From Oopsacas minuta (taxonomy: Eukaryota > Animalia > Porifera): a stretch of DNA of 64,000 nt. The notes beneath the pieces were generated by a model that saw nothing but the letters and a program-made list of their open reading frames with translations, was not told the DNA's origin and did not search any database. The stretch spans positions 372,001 through 436,000 of the forward strand of contig JAKMXF010000088.1 in assembly GCA_024704765.1 (NCBI GenBank), read 5' to 3'. Both the position numbers and the translations under genes were made by a program. How positions within the stretch are numbered: the stretch's first letter is position 1; each line of letters opens with the position of its first letter. This document shows, one piece after another, positions 25,401 through 38,275 of this stretch.

Positions 25401-28400
25401 TTAACGAGGTTCTATTGCATAACTTTGACTGATAATGTTATTCCGAATTGATTGAGAACTGGTCAGAGCAAGAGACATTAAATTTGGCATGCGTATTAGG
25501 GTTTCATACAGGAATTTTGCTGGGGGGACAGCCTATAAAGAACACTTTCCCATGCAAATAGTATCATATCATTAATGTTGTCATAATACCTAATGTTCAG
25601 TATTAATCTTTAGGAATTCTGGGGGGAATCCCATGGAATATGTTATGTATAAGAACTGGTTAAAATATCCAAGCGAAATCTTAATTCCTCTCTGTGAAAA
25701 GGAGGCAAATGTATCGACCTATCAGATTTTCAGAATATTGGTTTAGGGAAAATGATAGGAAAGAAACATTGAATACTGAATAGCTAATCTATTACAAACA
25801 GTACCACAAGCACAATAGAATGCTAGCCACAAACCAATTCGTGAGGACGAGCGATCTAATAAGTGTCGAATCGAGGTGTATAGTTTGATGAAAATAAGAT
25901 TTCAAAATGATAAATACAGTAAACTCTCGTTATATCGAATACGGATATATCGAAGTGTCCGCTATATGATAAACCTAGAGTGCTATAGCAATCACCAAAG
26001 GAAGCTTACACCAACTGCAGGTGTTACTTTATAAACCTACATATATCAAAGTTATATAAACATGTTTAGGTTAGGGAGTTCTATCGAATTATTTTATCTT
26101 AATGTGTACGTTGCAAAGAAATTGGGAAGTACAAATTTATCATTAGTAATTAACAACCATGATCGAATTAACAGGTAACAACCAACAACATTAAAATATT
26201 ATTTTGACTTATCCGTAATCAATTCGTGTCTGTGGTTGCAATCAACATTTACAATAAAATGAGATTGTTTGTGTTTGCCAAAATTTCGATCTTGTGATTG
26301 CAGTTAATTCGTATATACTGGAGGTTATGCAAGTTTATTATCATACAAATGACCAGATTAATTTTGTGACCATTCGTCTAACAATATTAGCAAATTTCAT
26401 AGTCTCAGCTTTGATTAGATAAAGACAAATTCAGACAAAGCCCATATAAGGTACGTACCGTAAATTGAAACAAATTGCCCACAACAGATGTCCAAATTAA
26501 ATTGAATCGTAATTACATTTGATCGATCTCTTAATGAAACAGGAGAAAATAGGTACAGTTAACTCGCGTTATATCGAAGCTCAATGGACCGCGATAATTA
26601 CTTAGATATAAGCGGGTATATCGATATATCCGCGATTTTTCTGAAATCAACATTACGTACGTATTCGTATTCAATTATTAGCTTAATATAAGATGAACTT
26701 CAGCGAATATTGTTAACTTAATAATCACTTAAGTTAGGTTGGAAATTGTGACGCGGGACAACAAACAAGTTTTCTACTTAATTTTGAGGGCAACAATAAT
26801 TTTGATGAGAATCTTTGAAAGACTAATTGTGATCTAAAATTGTGCATAGCAGATCGATTATAATACGTACTTAATATTAGTGAAATAGGTAGACAATTAA
26901 AAGTCAAATGGCGTCACATGTAGTTAATGAACTTTCAGAAATGACAACTTATCTACCGATCGCATTTTTCTAAGAACTGACGAGTGCTCCATCAGCAAAT
27001 CAACAATAGTGAGGAAATCATAGATGGTTTCATAAGAAATCATAGATGGTTTCATAAGAAACCATAATAAAGGAGCTTGGGGTTGAAAAGAATTTTTAAG
27101 AAACACATGGCGCTATGATAAAGTAGTGTACAGTGATTCTAATTGAGATAGCCTGCGTTCCAATGGCTTGTATGGTATCTAGGCATTGGGTGGAGAATTG
27201 GGTGATGATTAGAACAAACGTTTTATGTTTCTTGGTCATATTAGACTGAATTAAAGTGTACGTAAAATGTTTTCAATTATTCTTTATTGTACGTAGAAAG
27301 CATGAAACAAGCATGAAACAAGCATGAGTTGATGTAATAACTAATTTAATATATTCTTTCCATTAGCATGACTTTTAATTATTAGGATAACAATTGATAA
27401 AATGACTGAAATTCAATAGCTTTTTACCTAAAGTGGGTAACAAACAACTTCGTTACAGTATAAGCGGAGTTTCGTTGTTTGTTATAAAGGGAGTTTATCG
27501 TAATGACTCATCTGGAGAGTACCTACAGGGTTACAATACAGTAGATACTCGCAAACAGGGAAGCTTGGAAATAGTTGAGGGCCGGATTGCGAGAGTGATT
27601 TCTTTACGGAAAACTCAAAATTTGAGAGGTGTGTCCCTGTTTGGGATAGATTTATATTCTACCTCTTTAAATAACAGATTACGGCCGAAGTGTTACATTC
27701 GTAACGAAATGGAACACTATAATTTTCCACTTCATTTTAACCAATTCCCGCACCCAAATCGAGATTAATGATCAGAGTGTGATGAATGCGGCACCAATAC
27801 TTTTTTGCTTCCAAATGTCCCTGTAACCGAATACGTCCGTGAAAAAGTGTGATTTTAAGACGTCAAGAAGGTGCTAAAATCTCGATTTGGGTGCGAGAAT
27901 TGATTAAAACGAAGTGGAAAATTATGGTGTTCCTTTTCGTTACGAACATAATTGCATAACACTTTGGCCGTAATCGGTTAAAAATAATATAAATTCTCAA
28001 TTATTGGTGCGGCGAGCGCCGCACCGGCTCCTACAGCTTTGGATTAATTAATTAGCTACTTAGTATACATCAAAATTGTTCGACTTATTATCAATTTTGT
28101 TAGACATTTTGCCAATTGGGTTAACCTAATAAACAGAACCCTTAAATAAATAATCACCGAGGGCTACTATTCGAGTAAACACGAGCCTTTTTGACTCATT
28201 TTCAACATTAGCGGGTGGAATTAAAAGAGCATAAATGTCTGTAAATTAGCAATAATATTTGGTAATTTATAATACTCCTAAAGAATCAGAAATTTCTCGG
28301 TAGTGGCTCAACAAGATAATTCGCTGCTACTTGTATATTTCAGGACAATTTGTGTGTTTACCATCCTATCTCAGAGATGTATGTCTGCGTATATGCACTT

Positions 28401-31400
28401 AGACATAATTACTTCACCAATTAAAAAGAGGTTACAATTCTATCCTTACTTTCTAGAGAACTTGTGTGTAAACACCATTAATTAATACAAATTATATAAG
28501 GAAGTATAATATAATCTAATGTATGATCTAACAAACACTGAGTCCAAAGTTGGTTCATTATCCACTAAATAGCAAACAAGATAGTTCAGATTGTATTCAC
28601 GAAATACAGTATAGATCAATTTAGAAAATGATCTATATCATTAGCACAAGATGCTAATTACATTATGGCATATTAGCCTAGAGTGGATAATTCCTATTAG
28701 AAAACTGATCACGTAGCGACAAGATACTTAATACTGTGTGTGCTATCCACAGGATATTATTAACGATTCCATTTTGGTGTACAGTAGATATATTGATACT
28801 GTTAGGAGACAATTTTGGCTCATAATTGTCTCCTAACAGTATCAATATATCTAGCTAAGCATTCTAGGAAATACCTTATTTAGAATTTTAGATAATTATA
28901 ATTCAAGATTTAATGAATGAATACAATTTTGGAAATATTGGTGAATACAATATATATAAGTTTCGGATAAATAATTACAATATCAGAACTATATATATAT
29001 ATATATATATTGACAAATATTCGCGAGGATAAATTCATTCTTAGCATTATTCCGATAATTGAGGTAATTAAAATACAGATAAACATTTGTATTATTATGT
29101 TTATATTCTGAGGACAGTCTAGCAATTAGGTTATACATAGTTCTAAGGTCAGATTTCAGATGGTTGCAGACTAGATCAATAAAGTCTAATATGATAAATG
29201 AATTTGGTTCTGTTAATTAATCCTACGTTAGACTACGCTGCTGTTGTGTATGTAGGTGATATTTATTTAGAAATTGACCGTGTCCTATTTCCCGTACCAT
29301 TATCAAAGGAAATTACGAAGTATCACCACGTCGGAGGAGAAATCAAATGAGAGCATTTCGTCAATATTATTATTATTTGCAATTGATCGACTTTTGACGT
29401 TTTACAATTCAATAATTTTGAAAAATTATCTCTCAAATGCATAACTAAAGTTTGCATTTGAGGGTAATTTCATAGATGTTGTTGTTGTTGTTGTTGTTGT
29501 TGTTGGCCTTTAAGGAGTTCATCAAATTATAGACTAAATATAGTCATCAAAATTTCTATATACGATTCACCTTCTACTTGCTGTTAACAATAACAATGTG
29601 TACAAAAATTAATTATCCAAGAAAATTTATCGTAGAATTCTCCACTTATAGAGGTAAATATCAATAATGCGATGCATAATCTCCTCTTTAGTAATTCCCC
29701 CATCCCCCACTCCCCGATTATAGAGGTTCGTTTCTATGGAAATGAATAGAGGTGATCAAAATCGCCCTGCTTATAGATGTTGACTGTATGACAGTATATT
29801 ACAATCTATATTATCAACAATTTGTATAATAAATATAAACTAACCTTATTCGTAAGAGCAGCTAGCACTTTAGGATGAGCAAAGAAACACAAGGGAGCTA
29901 ATAACCTCATAGTCTCAGTGAGAATTTGATCTGAATTAAGGTATATTGTAGAATATAAAGTTTCTAAACTGTTCTCTACTGATAACATCTTCTCTAATCC
30001 AAATCTATTATTCATGAATGCTTTCATACATCTTACACATAGGAGAATGAGTTTTTGTGTCTCTATATAGAAATAAAATTATAGTCAAATGATTGCACCA
30101 AATATTTCATACTTATCACTGAATTTATGTAGAATTAGAATATACAATGAACTCCCGTTATGTCAGAATTCCGCATATATCGAATTATAAAATTGTACAA
30201 ATATGCTCCCAAACTGTTAAAGTAACATATAATTTGATTATATCTAATTCTGCTTATTATCTGGGTGCTTGAGCTTCGATATAGCGAGAGTTGACTAAAC
30301 TATACTATCTGGAGTACGACATTTCGTTCCAGGACATTTTTACTTATCCGTGATAAATCTCCACTACAACAGCTAGAGGAGTGTCTCAAAATACCTGGAA
30401 CAAAATACCAATATCAGGAAGTATGCACTGTTCATAAAAACACAACTTCTTTATGATTTTTGTTCATAAAATTACGAATAAACCAATAAATACATTCTTT
30501 ATAAACTACCCAAAAGGAAATCTCTAAAACTCTATACCAGTTTAAAAACTAGAAACGGGTACAATCTCACAAATAAACTGGTCGGGTAAGATGTTCAAAA
30601 AGAGAAATTCCTTCAAAAGCTCTAAGAAGCCACACCCCAGACGTTCTGCCTCTCTCTCCACTCTCAATAGTTTAGACGATACAATTTATTCACAAAATGA
30701 TATGCAATTAGATTATGATGGAGAGATTAAACTGTACCTAGGAGCACATGAACTAGTGTTCCGTGGGGGAGAGTGGATTAGAGAGGGAGACCCGGATCCC
30801 GTCAAGAAAACCCTGGCTACTTCCATATCCGAAGAAGCATTCAGTAGGCTAGAGAAAGAGAATGAAAAGTTGCAAAGGGAGAATAATGCATTGAAATATA
30901 AGTTTGAAGTATTGTTAGACATGATGACATTGTATGTAGCACAAAATATGCCAGAAGAGGAGATGAGAACAATAGCTGCTAAATTGGAAAAACATGACTT
31001 GGAAAATGAAAGACGAAATGCGGAAAAGGAAAAGAGAGACACAGAAAATGAAAAAGGTGAATTGAAAAGGGTAAAAATAGCCTCACAAAACGAAAGAAGA
31101 GAACTACAAAAGGAAAAGGGAGTTCCGCAAAATGAGCAGGGAGCTTCAGAAAGCCAAAATGTTGATCCAGAAAATGAACGAAGTGAAATAAGTGTCTCAC
31201 AAATTGAAAGAGAAGACACAGAGAAGGAAAGAGGAGAATCACCAAATTATGACGTCATAAGTTAAAATAACATACACACAAACTCTGTTCTACCCACACA
31301 ATAAATAAATAAAATTATTATTATTAAAATTATATGTAATTCTACAACGTAATTCATTTATTAAATCTTTGGGATTATCTGAACAATCCAGAAGATCAAT

Positions 31401-33418
31401 TAGGATCCAAAGTTGACAAGTATGCAAAATCCTACTGCACCAATCGCAGCCGTATTGTTCATATTTAACAATTTAAACCAGGGATAAATAGGAATATTCT
31501 TAGGAAAAAGAAACAAGTAATTACAAATAGAAACGTGTCAGAAACTTGGAATGCTACCTGTATTAAGCTAAGGTACCATGGATGTTCACAATCGTTGTTT
31601 GATAATGAGGAGCTTTATTCCAATGTTTACCTCCCAATTTGTTGAAATAGGTCTGTTGTAGCATACTTTGAAGTACTGTATTATAGTACCATGGATATTC
31701 AACAGCTATGATAATCTTTAGGGGAATGCTACAAATTACCAACAAAGTGTTGTCAAATTACATAGCGAGTATTGGAGCGGGATTGACGTGCGTAGCGCTG
31801 TCTCAAGTCTTGAAGCCTATTGGGACTTAATTTCTATTGTATGTAATTCGACAACACTCTTGCTGGGGCGTGTAACGTGACGTGACGGTCCCATAAAATG
31901 CAGATGCCTAAATACGGTACGTGACGTTATGGTAGCCTCCTAAATACATCACCCAAAGTGTATAACTATATACTTCATGTGTTCTGTACTATTTCTACTA
32001 TCCCGGGTAGTACGTGAAATATTCTGAGAAGGGTGGAAGCACGTGAGGGTGGCCTGACAACTAAAATAGTAGGGCCAACGAGCCATATATGGCGTAGGAT
32101 AGAGTGAGAAATTAGTCAGGGGTCCTATTCACCGGATTGGTTTCCGATATGCCAGCATTTCTGACAAGTAACAGAACAATGAAAAATTCAATATTTAGCT
32201 TCTAAATATTTTAAATAGATTTATTAAGAGGAAATTAATACATTTGTAAAACAACTTTGAACTCACTTTCATCAGGTCTGACGGCATTCCAATGGTCCAT
32301 AAGGTTGAGTAGGTGTACATGTCCATTCTTATTAGCAAAATCATGTAACCAGTTAATATGGTATGTGCCTACTGCTACTCGTAGCTTCTCTAAGATAGGA
32401 ATCATATCCTCAATTGATAAGTTAGTCTTGAGTTGATCAACGAATTCATCTGCTGGGATTCGACCTGGATAAGAGAAATTGATAATTATCATAGTAATGC
32501 TCCTAACTATTAACCCAGATTGCTAATGCAGAAATTCCATAGCAGACACATGTATTAATATTTGATTACACCGTGGATATCCATAATATACAAATTTGTG
32601 TATACATTTATTGAAAGATTAGTCATAGAAGTAATTACCCTCAATCTTTCTAGTTCAAGTTAGTAGAGAACAAATAAGCAATATATTGTCCAACATTGAG
32701 TAACACAACGAATATATTATTAAATGGTTATGCAACACAAAATAGCAAAATATAGTCAATAGAATGTAAAGTATCAGACACAGTTTGAATGTAATATTTG
32801 CAGAATAGTTTGATTACAGGTCCAAGAATTGAGACAAAATGCAAAATGGATTACATATAATGAATGGTGCTCAATACAACGGATCTCTTATCTAACTTCC
32901 ATCAAACTCAATTGATATGTTTGAAATCTCCATTTCGAGCTCTCCACGACCCAAATAATATATTTAGTGACAAGTCACGGCCTTATTTGCTTGGTTCATA
33001 CCCCGTTTGGCCTCCTTAGCCACTGCCAATAGCGGAACCAAATTTACGGCGCCCTTGTAAGATACGGCTTAACTCTCCCTAGCCCTACTTCAACCTCTCC
33101 GTCACGTCGATATAACGAGAGTTAATTCGTATTTTATATCTACTTACCTTGTCCAGAATTGGTACCATGATCTTTTAAAATAGAACTTTTCAACAACATT
33201 TTATGTTCCGATATCCCCTTATTGAGTATAGCAGTTTTAGAGGGAGGAGGTAAATCCATTTCATCGAGCATCTGTAAAATCAGATCGCGAATTTTCTCAG
33301 GACTCATGTGATCTATTTCCTGTATTAAATCCTGTACCTCACTGGAATCTGTGTTAATATTCTCATGGGAGGGGTATTTCTTAGGTCCCTTGTTCCGCTT
33401 TTTGGTTTTTGTAGTCAT
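16680..33418 (-). CDS. DIAPH: Diaphanous-related formin A (GBD/FH3, reduced FH1, FH2, DAD, Pro-rich tail; 13 exons, 1274 aa)
   Basis: Exons 33418-33148, 32464-32267, 30062-29845, 22940-22778, 22605-22442, 21783-21553, 21299-20995, 20760-20506, 20208-19962, 19593-19523, 19223-18988, 18520-18219, 17843-16680; phases sum to an open frame. DIAPH signature LLLIRDDYYIRPLYFKLIEQCITQIVLQ; FH2 motifs WKKI, QNIGIFL, GNKMNAG, GFHLESL; DAD-like LLDDLLSKI. Confidence 0.9.
22385..22418. repeat. (TAA)n microsatellite
   Basis: Direct reading. Confidence 0.95.
23746..23964 (+). CDS. Orphan small coiled-coil ORF A, nested antisense in formin A intron 3 (no in-frame ATG; possible pseudogene)
   Basis: The last 34 aa align with ORF B (14 identities, several via synonymous codons) and the stops are in the same register. 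It starts at TTG; the ATG at 23687 would join only with +1 nt in the T run at 23744-23747. Confidence 0.4.
   Translation: MRLVFRLAHTSSKEITKNQNEFEYSQEIDQEQPPSDLKSTNHQLLSEKQRLEEEMYQLKQKMFSNKQPNNCV
24890..25108 (+). CDS. Orphan small coiled-coil protein B (72 aa), nested antisense in formin A intron 3
   Basis: ATG start, TATAAATA about 70 nt upstream, AATAAA downstream, heptad-like composition, and paralogy with ORF A. Confidence 0.55.
   Translation: MNTQDVICSNNNNNNIEQEKQKQQEIKEERINEIAELMQTKFQLLAQKKRIEQEINFYRQKIFSNENPTNSA
27648..27995. mobile_element. Long-TIR (foldback/Mutator-like) deletion derivative
   Basis: About 90-bp imperfect inverted arms (ttacggccgaagtgtta..cacccaaatcgagatt versus aatctcgatttgggtg..taacactttggccgtaa); a related half element lies at about 15423-15665. 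Confidence 0.65.
28785..28853. repeat. Perfect inverted repeat, 30-bp arms and 9-nt loop
   Basis: tagatatattgatactgttaggagacaatt-ttggctcat-aattgtctcctaacagtatcaatatatcta. Confidence 0.95.
29477..29504. repeat. (TGT)n microsatellite
   Basis: Direct reading. Confidence 0.95.
30591..31265 (+). CDS. CBY1: Chibby homolog with acidic/charged C-terminal extension, intronless, nested antisense in formin A intron 2
   Basis: PRRSASLSTLNSLD matches Chibby PRKSASLSNLHSLD; LVFRGGEWI matches LKFENGQWI; ENNALKYKFEVLLDMM matches ENNLLRLKVDILLDML. Confidence 0.88.
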   Translation: MFKKRNSFKSSKKPHPRRSASLSTLNSLDDTIYSQNDMQLDYDGEIKLYLGAHELVFRGGEWIREGDPDPVKKTLATSISEEAFSRLEKENEKLQRENNALKYKFEVLLDMMTLYVAQNMPEEEMRTIAAKLEKHDLENERRNAEKEKRDTENEKGELKRVKIASQNERRELQKEKGVPQNEQGASESQNVDPENERSEISVSQIEREDTEKERGESPNYDVIS

Positions 33419-33637
33419 ACTTCTTCTGTAAATATATCAAACAAATAATCATGGTATTCAGAAATACAGTCGAATACGATTATATCGAACACGGATATTT
33501 CGAAATACTCGCTATTATCAAAATTGTACAAATATGTTCACAAACCGCCAAAGTAACATAATTATATCGGTTATAAGAAATTTGGCAAATGGAAGAATCA
33601 GGAAAAGTTTTCCAAAAAGTGAGAATCTAACTGTTCT

Positions 33638-33665
33638 CTCACTCACTCACTCACTCACTCACTCA

Positions 33666-33716
<51 letters not shown>
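33638..33716. repeat. Compound (TCAC)n(AC)n microsatellite
   Basis: Direct reading; it explains the spurious HSLT/HT ORF at 33534-33722. Confidence 0.95.
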
Positions 33717-33718
<2 letters not shown>

Positions 33719-33952
33719 ATAATCTAAAGCAGCTTATTAGTTCAATAAATTAGTAGCAGAAAACCAAAGCATATATTCACACATACCGTAAATGCTAATT
33801 TAAGTCTATTTAATCTTATTGCTAAAAATGCTAGGCACTGAATATACAATGAAATGATAAAAGTCTTCGTGAATATTTCCAATATTAATTATAACCACAA
33901 AGTATAGTGGCAAGAGATGATAGATTACAACCAACATTAGGCTACTGTTAGT

Positions 33953-34044
33953 TGGGAACTTGTTTCAGCTCCCCAGCCCGCATCAAGTCTACCTGTCGCA
34001 TGAATATTGTCATTATTTCACCATTTTATCAGTGAAACTCAACA
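33953..34044. repeat. Dispersed repeat of about 90 bp with an inverted copy at about 38999-39090
   Basis: tgggaacttgtttcagctc..gcccgcatcaagt..cgcatgaat.ttgtcattatttcaccatttt is present in opposite orientations. Confidence 0.8.
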
Positions 34045-37000
34045 ACAATATATTTACTAACTAACGGGTGAATAGTAGTGATTTTATCTTCACAGACCTC
34101 CTCTAACACGCTTAATTAACATATTTAGAAGTAGAGTCATTGAAATATTTCCATGAATTGGCCACTGAGTATTATGATAATATGGACATCATGTGGAGCT
34201 GAAACAAGTTTCTCATTTTAACAGGGGTCTTACCAAAATAGCCACAAATTCACCTTTTAACTGAAAATGATATAAAATAGCAAAAATTAACTTGCTGTGC
34301 ATAGTATGTAATAGATATGCGGGGCTATATCTCATAAAGCCTATATGATAACATGCCAAAATAATTATAGATAGAATAACTAGAATAATAAGTGAATATT
34401 ATTTCTTAGTAAAATACAGTTATTAAGGAATATTGTCTATTTGTAGATTAGACGTAGAAATCACATTGAATAATGCTGTAATCGTGGTTAAATTTTTATT
34501 ACAAGGCAGTTGCACAGGGATTGAATCATTTAAAGCAATATTCTCGAGGAGATGCCATTATTAGAAAATATGTAAATTTGTAAGAACACACTGAAATACA
34601 GTCAACTCCTGTTATATCAAAAATCAAATATCAATATACGTAACAAATTCTTTGCAGATGAATATAAAATAAGAACGTCCCATTTTTCATTTTCACCTAA
34701 GATCACAAAAGTAATACAAACCTACTTGCAAGTAAGCCAGTAGTCTGGTTCGTTCTGTCCAGAACATGGGTTCGGTCCACACCGTTCGCATACTAGGATT
34801 TGTTCGCCCCCCCCGTCCAGACAGGTCCGAACCGATAACAAATATAAACAGACCGGAAGGTTAATCTACGTTAGTTTTGCTCACCGTGAAGAACATTCCG
34901 AATTAGAATAGGAAAGTTTATACGATTCATTATTAGAAGATAAATCTATAGTAGTAATGAATTCATTTGGATCCATTACACGAATAATACAATTCTCCAT
35001 TTTAACTTGAAAGACATATATCTTGGGAGATTTAATATTTATATGACAGCAAGAATGACATCATTATAATGTCTCAAATGTATTCATTTAATAGTTCGGG
35101 TATATTGTAGCCAGATGTCAGAATAATTAAATCACCTCTGGAAAAAGAGCGTCGAGTTTAGTACTTCTTGTCTGAAGATTAATCGAAGTAATATTCATTG
35201 ACTAATCGAAGTAATATTCATTGCCGCCGAATTAATAAGGAACTGGTTACATATATTTTGAAGTAATATAACACATTTAGCACTCGTAAACTTGTTTCAG
35301 CTATACAACAATACAAAGACTTGTCTGGAACATGCGGTAGCATTTCATTATGATTGTTTGATTACTTATTATGGCGTAATCTGTATCAAAACGCAAAGTA
35401 TTCAATCATCTCTTGTTAATTTAAATGATCCGTTCGAATAAGAGAGTAAAACGTGCGGTTGATGAAACACAGTGGTATTGCCCTGATAGATAATACATAT
35501 GTCGTGGGTGAGCAATCTTATAGTAGTTATAGGAAATTAAATTTTCAAATATTCAGTTAATAGCTAACACAATAGAGAAATAAATTCGCGAAAAATCAAC
35601 TCAAGAATAAGTTAGAGCCGACTCCAGTTAATTGGACAACTTTTGTCCAGAGTAAAATGGTTCTATTAACCATAGTCGAATGTAGTAAGAGTAATAGGAA
35701 ATGGAGATGGTATTTTCACTGTGGTGGAAATCCTATTTGTATACAATATAACTCAGATTGGATGTACACCTTCGCGGGAAACAAATATTAACACGCACTA
35801 GCCGAGTGTACGTCTCATCTGGATAGGGAATATATAAATGATATTTTTGGGTTGTAAGAAGTAGTACGTATTATCCGACTTCTACCTTTGCTTGATTACA
35901 TAGATATACATGAAAATCTTACCTCAAAATTGCTTTTAGAATAGATAATTAGAGAAATTAACAAATGGCCTAAACAGATAATTATGTTCTTAAGTGGATT
36001 ATACATACCTATATAGGTATTCCATCACTAGGTTAATATAGCTTAAAAATGTAATATTTCTTTCCAATAATTACGAGAATTTGAGATAGAAATAACTCAC
36101 CTTCGAAATAGGCCGCCATAGCAAGACATGGTTTAGAAAATGTTCGTATAGATCAGAGAAGAGTTCACAAATAAATATCGGGGACCAAAATGGCTGTCAA
36201 TGTGTATATACCTATATCGTTTTTCTTTATCAATATATGAGATCAACTTACAAGAACTAAAGCTATTTATACGAATCTATAAGATTCAGTGATTGCAGAG
36301 TTTGATTGAAGAAATGTACATGGAAAGCAAATGAAAAGGCCACCAGATTGATGGTCACAAGTTATAAAAAGGAATTTTGTATATAGAATGATTATCAGGG
36401 ATCATAAACTACATATAGCTGTGAAAGTGTGGGAGGTTAAAAGTTAAATGAATATGTAGGTCGAGTTTATATTATATGTATAGACTGTCTTTTGGAAAGC
36501 GGAAAAATTATGGCTTTTGATGAGCATTTTGTACTTGGTTTGCTTGCATAATGCATACTCATATTGATTCAGTGAATGTTAACTGTTTTACCATTTTTAG
36601 CAGCTACAAAATATTCTCTGATAATTATGATACAAATTGGTTCCCATTAAATGTTCCATTAGCAGTAATTTGAAGGTGTTTTGGGTAATTATGAGTGTCT
36701 TAAAAGATCAATAATTTGGACAAACTGTGTACACATTTTGATCCAAACTTTGATTTCTACAACCATATATAAAGGAAGTTGTACTGTTGGGAATTGTCAA
36801 CATTTAAGTTTCTTCAGAAAACATAATTGTCCCGCAATCAAGGTAAACATTCAAGGAAACAATAATCACATGACCTTAATGTATATTGTTATGCTAAAAG
36901 ATGGAAGGTAAATAGGAAACCAGCTCATAGAAATTGAATAATATTTGAGTTGTATTTTAGATTCTAACTATGCATTTATTGAGGAATTCGTAGAATTTGA

Positions 37001-38275
37001 AATTTAGTTTGAATTTGTAATTCATTCAGGTATCGACAACATTTGGCTAACCCTAGAGTATAATTGGAATCGGATCCAGGGGTGTGTCTAGGTACTTGGC
37101 GGGCACTTAAAAGTGTCAGTTCAGCAGTCATCTAAGTCACAAAGTGCCGGCCTTTAGACTCATATATTATTACGGGACCAATGTGTCTAGGTCCAGAAAT
37201 TCCAGACTAGTAAAGTAAAGATAAATTAGTCGACTAAGAAAACTGGATAATCTGCTATTTTCGCAATATTCGCCGCGGGTAAAATTTGTCCGAATAATAA
37301 TAAGGGATTCGTTATTTTGGTAGTTATACGGTTTTTCAAACAATTGTGATAACTGCCTCTATATTAACCAACGATTTTCTTAGAACCACTTTATAAATCT
37401 TGTATCTGAGTTGATTACAGAATTTGATGTGTGTTACAATACGTAATTACTCCTACAATTATTTAGGATTAATTACGCACTTGAAGTTTGTAATTAATTA
37501 CAGTGCGTATATTACAAATTAAATAGCATCACGTCTGATACAAACATCGGAATACAGTTAATAAGTACAAAAGTTGTTCTCTTTTTCAATACTATATTAA
37601 TCAATATTACTTCACCATAATACGTAATCCAGATAAGAAGTATAGGTTATAGTGGACTATGATTTTGATTGAGGTTAATGGGTCGTAAATCTGTGTAATA
37701 GATTTTCTATTCACAGTAAACTCCCGTTACATCAAATTTTGTTACTTTGAGGGTTTGGTATCATATTTGTACAATTTCAGACTTCGATCGATATAAGCGG
37801 GTATTTCGAATTTTCGGTATAACAGGAGTTGATTATACGTATACACGATTCCTCAAGAGGCGAAGCACAAGTAAGCAAAGCTTCTATACACGTACAAATA
37901 CCCTTAATTAAAATAGAAGATAGTTTGTAAAAGCGAATTCATCCACAATTTAATTAGTACGAGTAACAAGTAGGCAAGTGAGATTGCAAAAGTTCACAGT
38001 ATAGTGAGCAATTTAAGTTGGTAGGTAATTAAGTAGAATGATTATGAATCCTATGCTTTATCCCTAGAGACATTTGTAGATTTGATGTAGTAAAATTAAT
38101 ACAGTCAATGGTATAATTGGTATAATAAGGAGTGTAGTAGTAAGTCAAAATATTTGATAGGCTAAAATCTACTGTTCTTCATAAGAAAGTCTTCATATAG
38201 GTACAGTAGAGAATGAGAGGATAATTTCTCATTTCTCGTGTGATATCGTTGCGAAAAAGGGGGGACGTAACTGGT

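Noticed and set aside
27014-27066. CRISPR-like or regulatory direct repeats (22-nt unit x2; also 21-nt x2 at about 35181-35223)
   Set aside because: Only two adjacent copies with no unique spacers, in a eukaryotic context; consistent with local slippage duplications.
27433-27768. 111-aa plus-strand ORF in formin A intron 3
   Set aside because: GTG start, runs through MITE and foldback arm sequence, and has no recognisable motif.
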